A DNA stretch of 64,000 nt from Bdellovibrionales bacterium (lineage in GTDB: Bacteria > Bdellovibrionota > Bdellovibrionia > Bdellovibrionales > JAGQZY01), in the NCBI GenBank assembly GCA_031426555.1, contig JANPLN010000002.1:1-64000 (forward strand), written 5' to 3'. Positions within the stretch are counted from its first letter, which is position 1. The number at the start of each line of letters is the position of its first letter. This document shows positions 62,537 to 64,000 of this stretch, piece by piece. A program made the position numbers and the translations under genes. A model generated the notes under the pieces. That model had not been told where the DNA came from, did not search any database, and worked only from the letters and a program-made list of their open reading frames with translations.

Positions 62537-63471
62537 AGGTAGCGGTTGTTGCAGGTGCGGCGGGGTTTATTGGCAGCCACCTTTGTGATTTTTTGATCAA
62601 CAAAGGTTACAAAGTGATTGGAATCGATAATCTTGTTACAGGTCGAAAAAAGAATCTTAAGCATTTAGAGAAAAATAAAAAATTTAAATTTTACAAAGCC
62701 GATATCAGCAAAAAACTGCCCGCAATTTCTAAGGTCAACGAGATCTACAACCTGGCCTCGCCGGCTTCGCCAGTGGATTTTTTTAAAATTCCTTTGGAAA
62801 TTTTAGAAACCGCCTCTGTTGGCCATGCCAATCTTTTAAAGCTTGCGAAGAAAACTAAAGCGCGAATTCTTTTTGCTAGCACCAGCGAAGTTTATGGAGA
62901 TCCCCAACAACATCCACAGGTTGAAAGTTACTGGGGTAACGTCAACTGCACGGGTATTCGCAGTTGTTACGACGAGGCGAAGCGCTACGGCGAGGCCGTG
63001 ACCATGGCTTATCATCGCGGCCAAAAAGTAAACACCGCCATTGCGCGAATTTTTAATACCTACGGAACGCGCATGCGCCCCGAAGACGGCCGCGTGATTC
63101 CCAATTTTTTTTCGCAAGCGATTTCTAAAAAGGGCCTCAGCATTTACGGAACTGGGAAGCAAACTCGCAGTCTTTGTTATGTGAGCGATCTGGTTGAAGG
63201 CATTTACGCACTCATGCAAAGCAAAACCCACGAGCCGGTGAATATTGGCAACCCCAACGAAATGTCGATTTTGGAAATCGCCGACGTGATCAACAAAATC
63301 ACTGGCAACATTAAAAGCCACGTTTACGAAAAACTGCCACCAGACGACCCTAAACAGCGCTGCCCTGATATATCAAAAGCGAAAGCGCTTTTGCAGTGGC
63401 AACCGAAAGTGGGTCTCACAGATGGGCTTACTAAGACCCTCGAGTACTTTCGTGCGGAGAAATTGGTTTAA
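62533..63471 (+). CDS. UDP-glucuronate decarboxylase (UDP-xylose synthase)-family SDR
   Basis: GAAGFIGSH, LASPASP, STSEVYGDP, RSCYDEAKR, RIFNTYG and DDP..R.PDI. Confidence 0.92.
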   Translation: MKVAVVAGAAGFIGSHLCDFLINKGYKVIGIDNLVTGRKKNLKHLEKNKKFKFYKADISKKLPAISKVNEIYNLASPASPVDFFKIPLEILETASVGHANLLKLAKKTKARILFASTSEVYGDPQQHPQVESYWGNVNCTGIRSCYDEAKRYGEAVTMAYHRGQKVNTAIARIFNTYGTRMRPEDGRVIPNFFSQAISKKGLSIYGTGKQTRSLCYVSDLVEGIYALMQSKTHEPVNIGNPNEMSILEIADVINKITGNIKSHVYEKLPPDDPKQRCPDISKAKALLQWQPKVGLTDGLTKTLEYFRAEKLV

Positions 63472-63473
63472 CG

Positions 63474-63633
63474 CTTTTTTTGAGACTTCTATTTTGTGAA
63501 TTTTCACGGGAGGTCTTTTTGGAACGCGGACTCGTGTCCTCGCTCGTTTCGCCTTTGGCGATCGCGTCACGCTAACGAGAGGTTCCAAAAAGACCTCCCG
63601 TGAAAATTCACAAAATAGAAGTCTCAAAAAAAG
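63474..63633. repeat. 160-bp element with perfect 52-bp inverted arms and a branched core (MITE/REPIN-like)
   Basis: 63474-63525 is the exact reverse complement of 63582-63633. Confidence 0.9.
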
Positions 63634-63699
63634 ATTAACAACTGCTGGCGTTCGAATATCTCTGACGCTTGTCTTCAATTGCGCGCTCGAAGTTTTTGC

Positions 63700-63999
63700 T
63701 TACAGCAAAATATTGCTGAGAGCGCGAAGTTTGGTGACAGCGGATTCGATTTTTTTTGGCAGGTTTTTGTCTACTGACAGATCTGAGGAAAGAATTAATG
63801 TGCCTCGGAAGATTTCAGGCGACCAGTTGCGTTTTTCGAATTGGGTTATTAGTTTTAATTCGTTCCAGCGGCTGAGGCTTAAGGCTTCAAGATGTTTTTC
63901 ACTGATGGCGTGGTCGGCGATGAGGGTTTGGCGGAGGGCTTCGGCTTCGATGTCGGTCCATGCGATGATCGATCGATCATAAGTGCGCACTTCAGACAA
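63700..63999 (-). CDS. 3' end of an unidentified gene truncated by the window edge
   Basis: Frame open to the window end with stop at 63700; convergent with the UDP-xylose genes. Confidence 0.5.
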   Translation of the reverse strand: MSEVRTYDRSIIAWTDIEAEALRQTLIADHAISEKHLEALSLSRWNELKLITQFEKRNWSPEIFRGTLILSSDLSVDKNLPKKIESAVTKLRALSNILL

Positions 64000-64000
64000 A

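Noticed and set aside
63373..63678. 101-aa minus-strand ORF across the inverted repeat
   Set aside because: It overlaps the UXS-family gene and simply reads through the palindrome; no protein-like features.

Overview
Bacterial chromosomal window, most likely Bdellovibrionota. This is inferred from a TIGR03545-like gene, a TIGR02147-like gene, a 277-aa flagellin and an xxNC-lipobox Ig/vWA protein. About 4.1-34.4 kb on the minus strand is the core translation/transcription supercluster: tRNA-Thr/Tyr/Gly/Thr, tuf, tRNA-Trp, secE, nusG, rplKAJL, rpoBC, rpsLG, fusA and the S10/spc/alpha operons. It locally lacks rplX, rpsD, infA, map, rpmG and a second tuf, and its EF-G has a degenerate domain IV. 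The rest holds proS, coaD, an NtrYX-like two-component pair, riboflavin genes, clpB, flagellin, an H1-like/acidic diblock protein, a large Ig-repeat/vWA lipoprotein, a sensor-less sigma54 activator, xerC, gmhB, recO, mgtE and UDP-xylose genes. Most interesting signals: (1) a TIGR02147-like regulator with phased TTGGCAA repeats upstream, coupled to a secreted repeat protein split by one in-frame TAG; (2) a 160-bp element with perfect 52-bp inverted arms around a T-shaped core; (3) the recycling-type EF-G in the str operon; (4) a shared NtrC-geometry palindrome; (5) three probable leaderless genes. No CRISPR, rRNA, transposase or prophage was seen. All family calls come from motif recognition by eye, not database searches.
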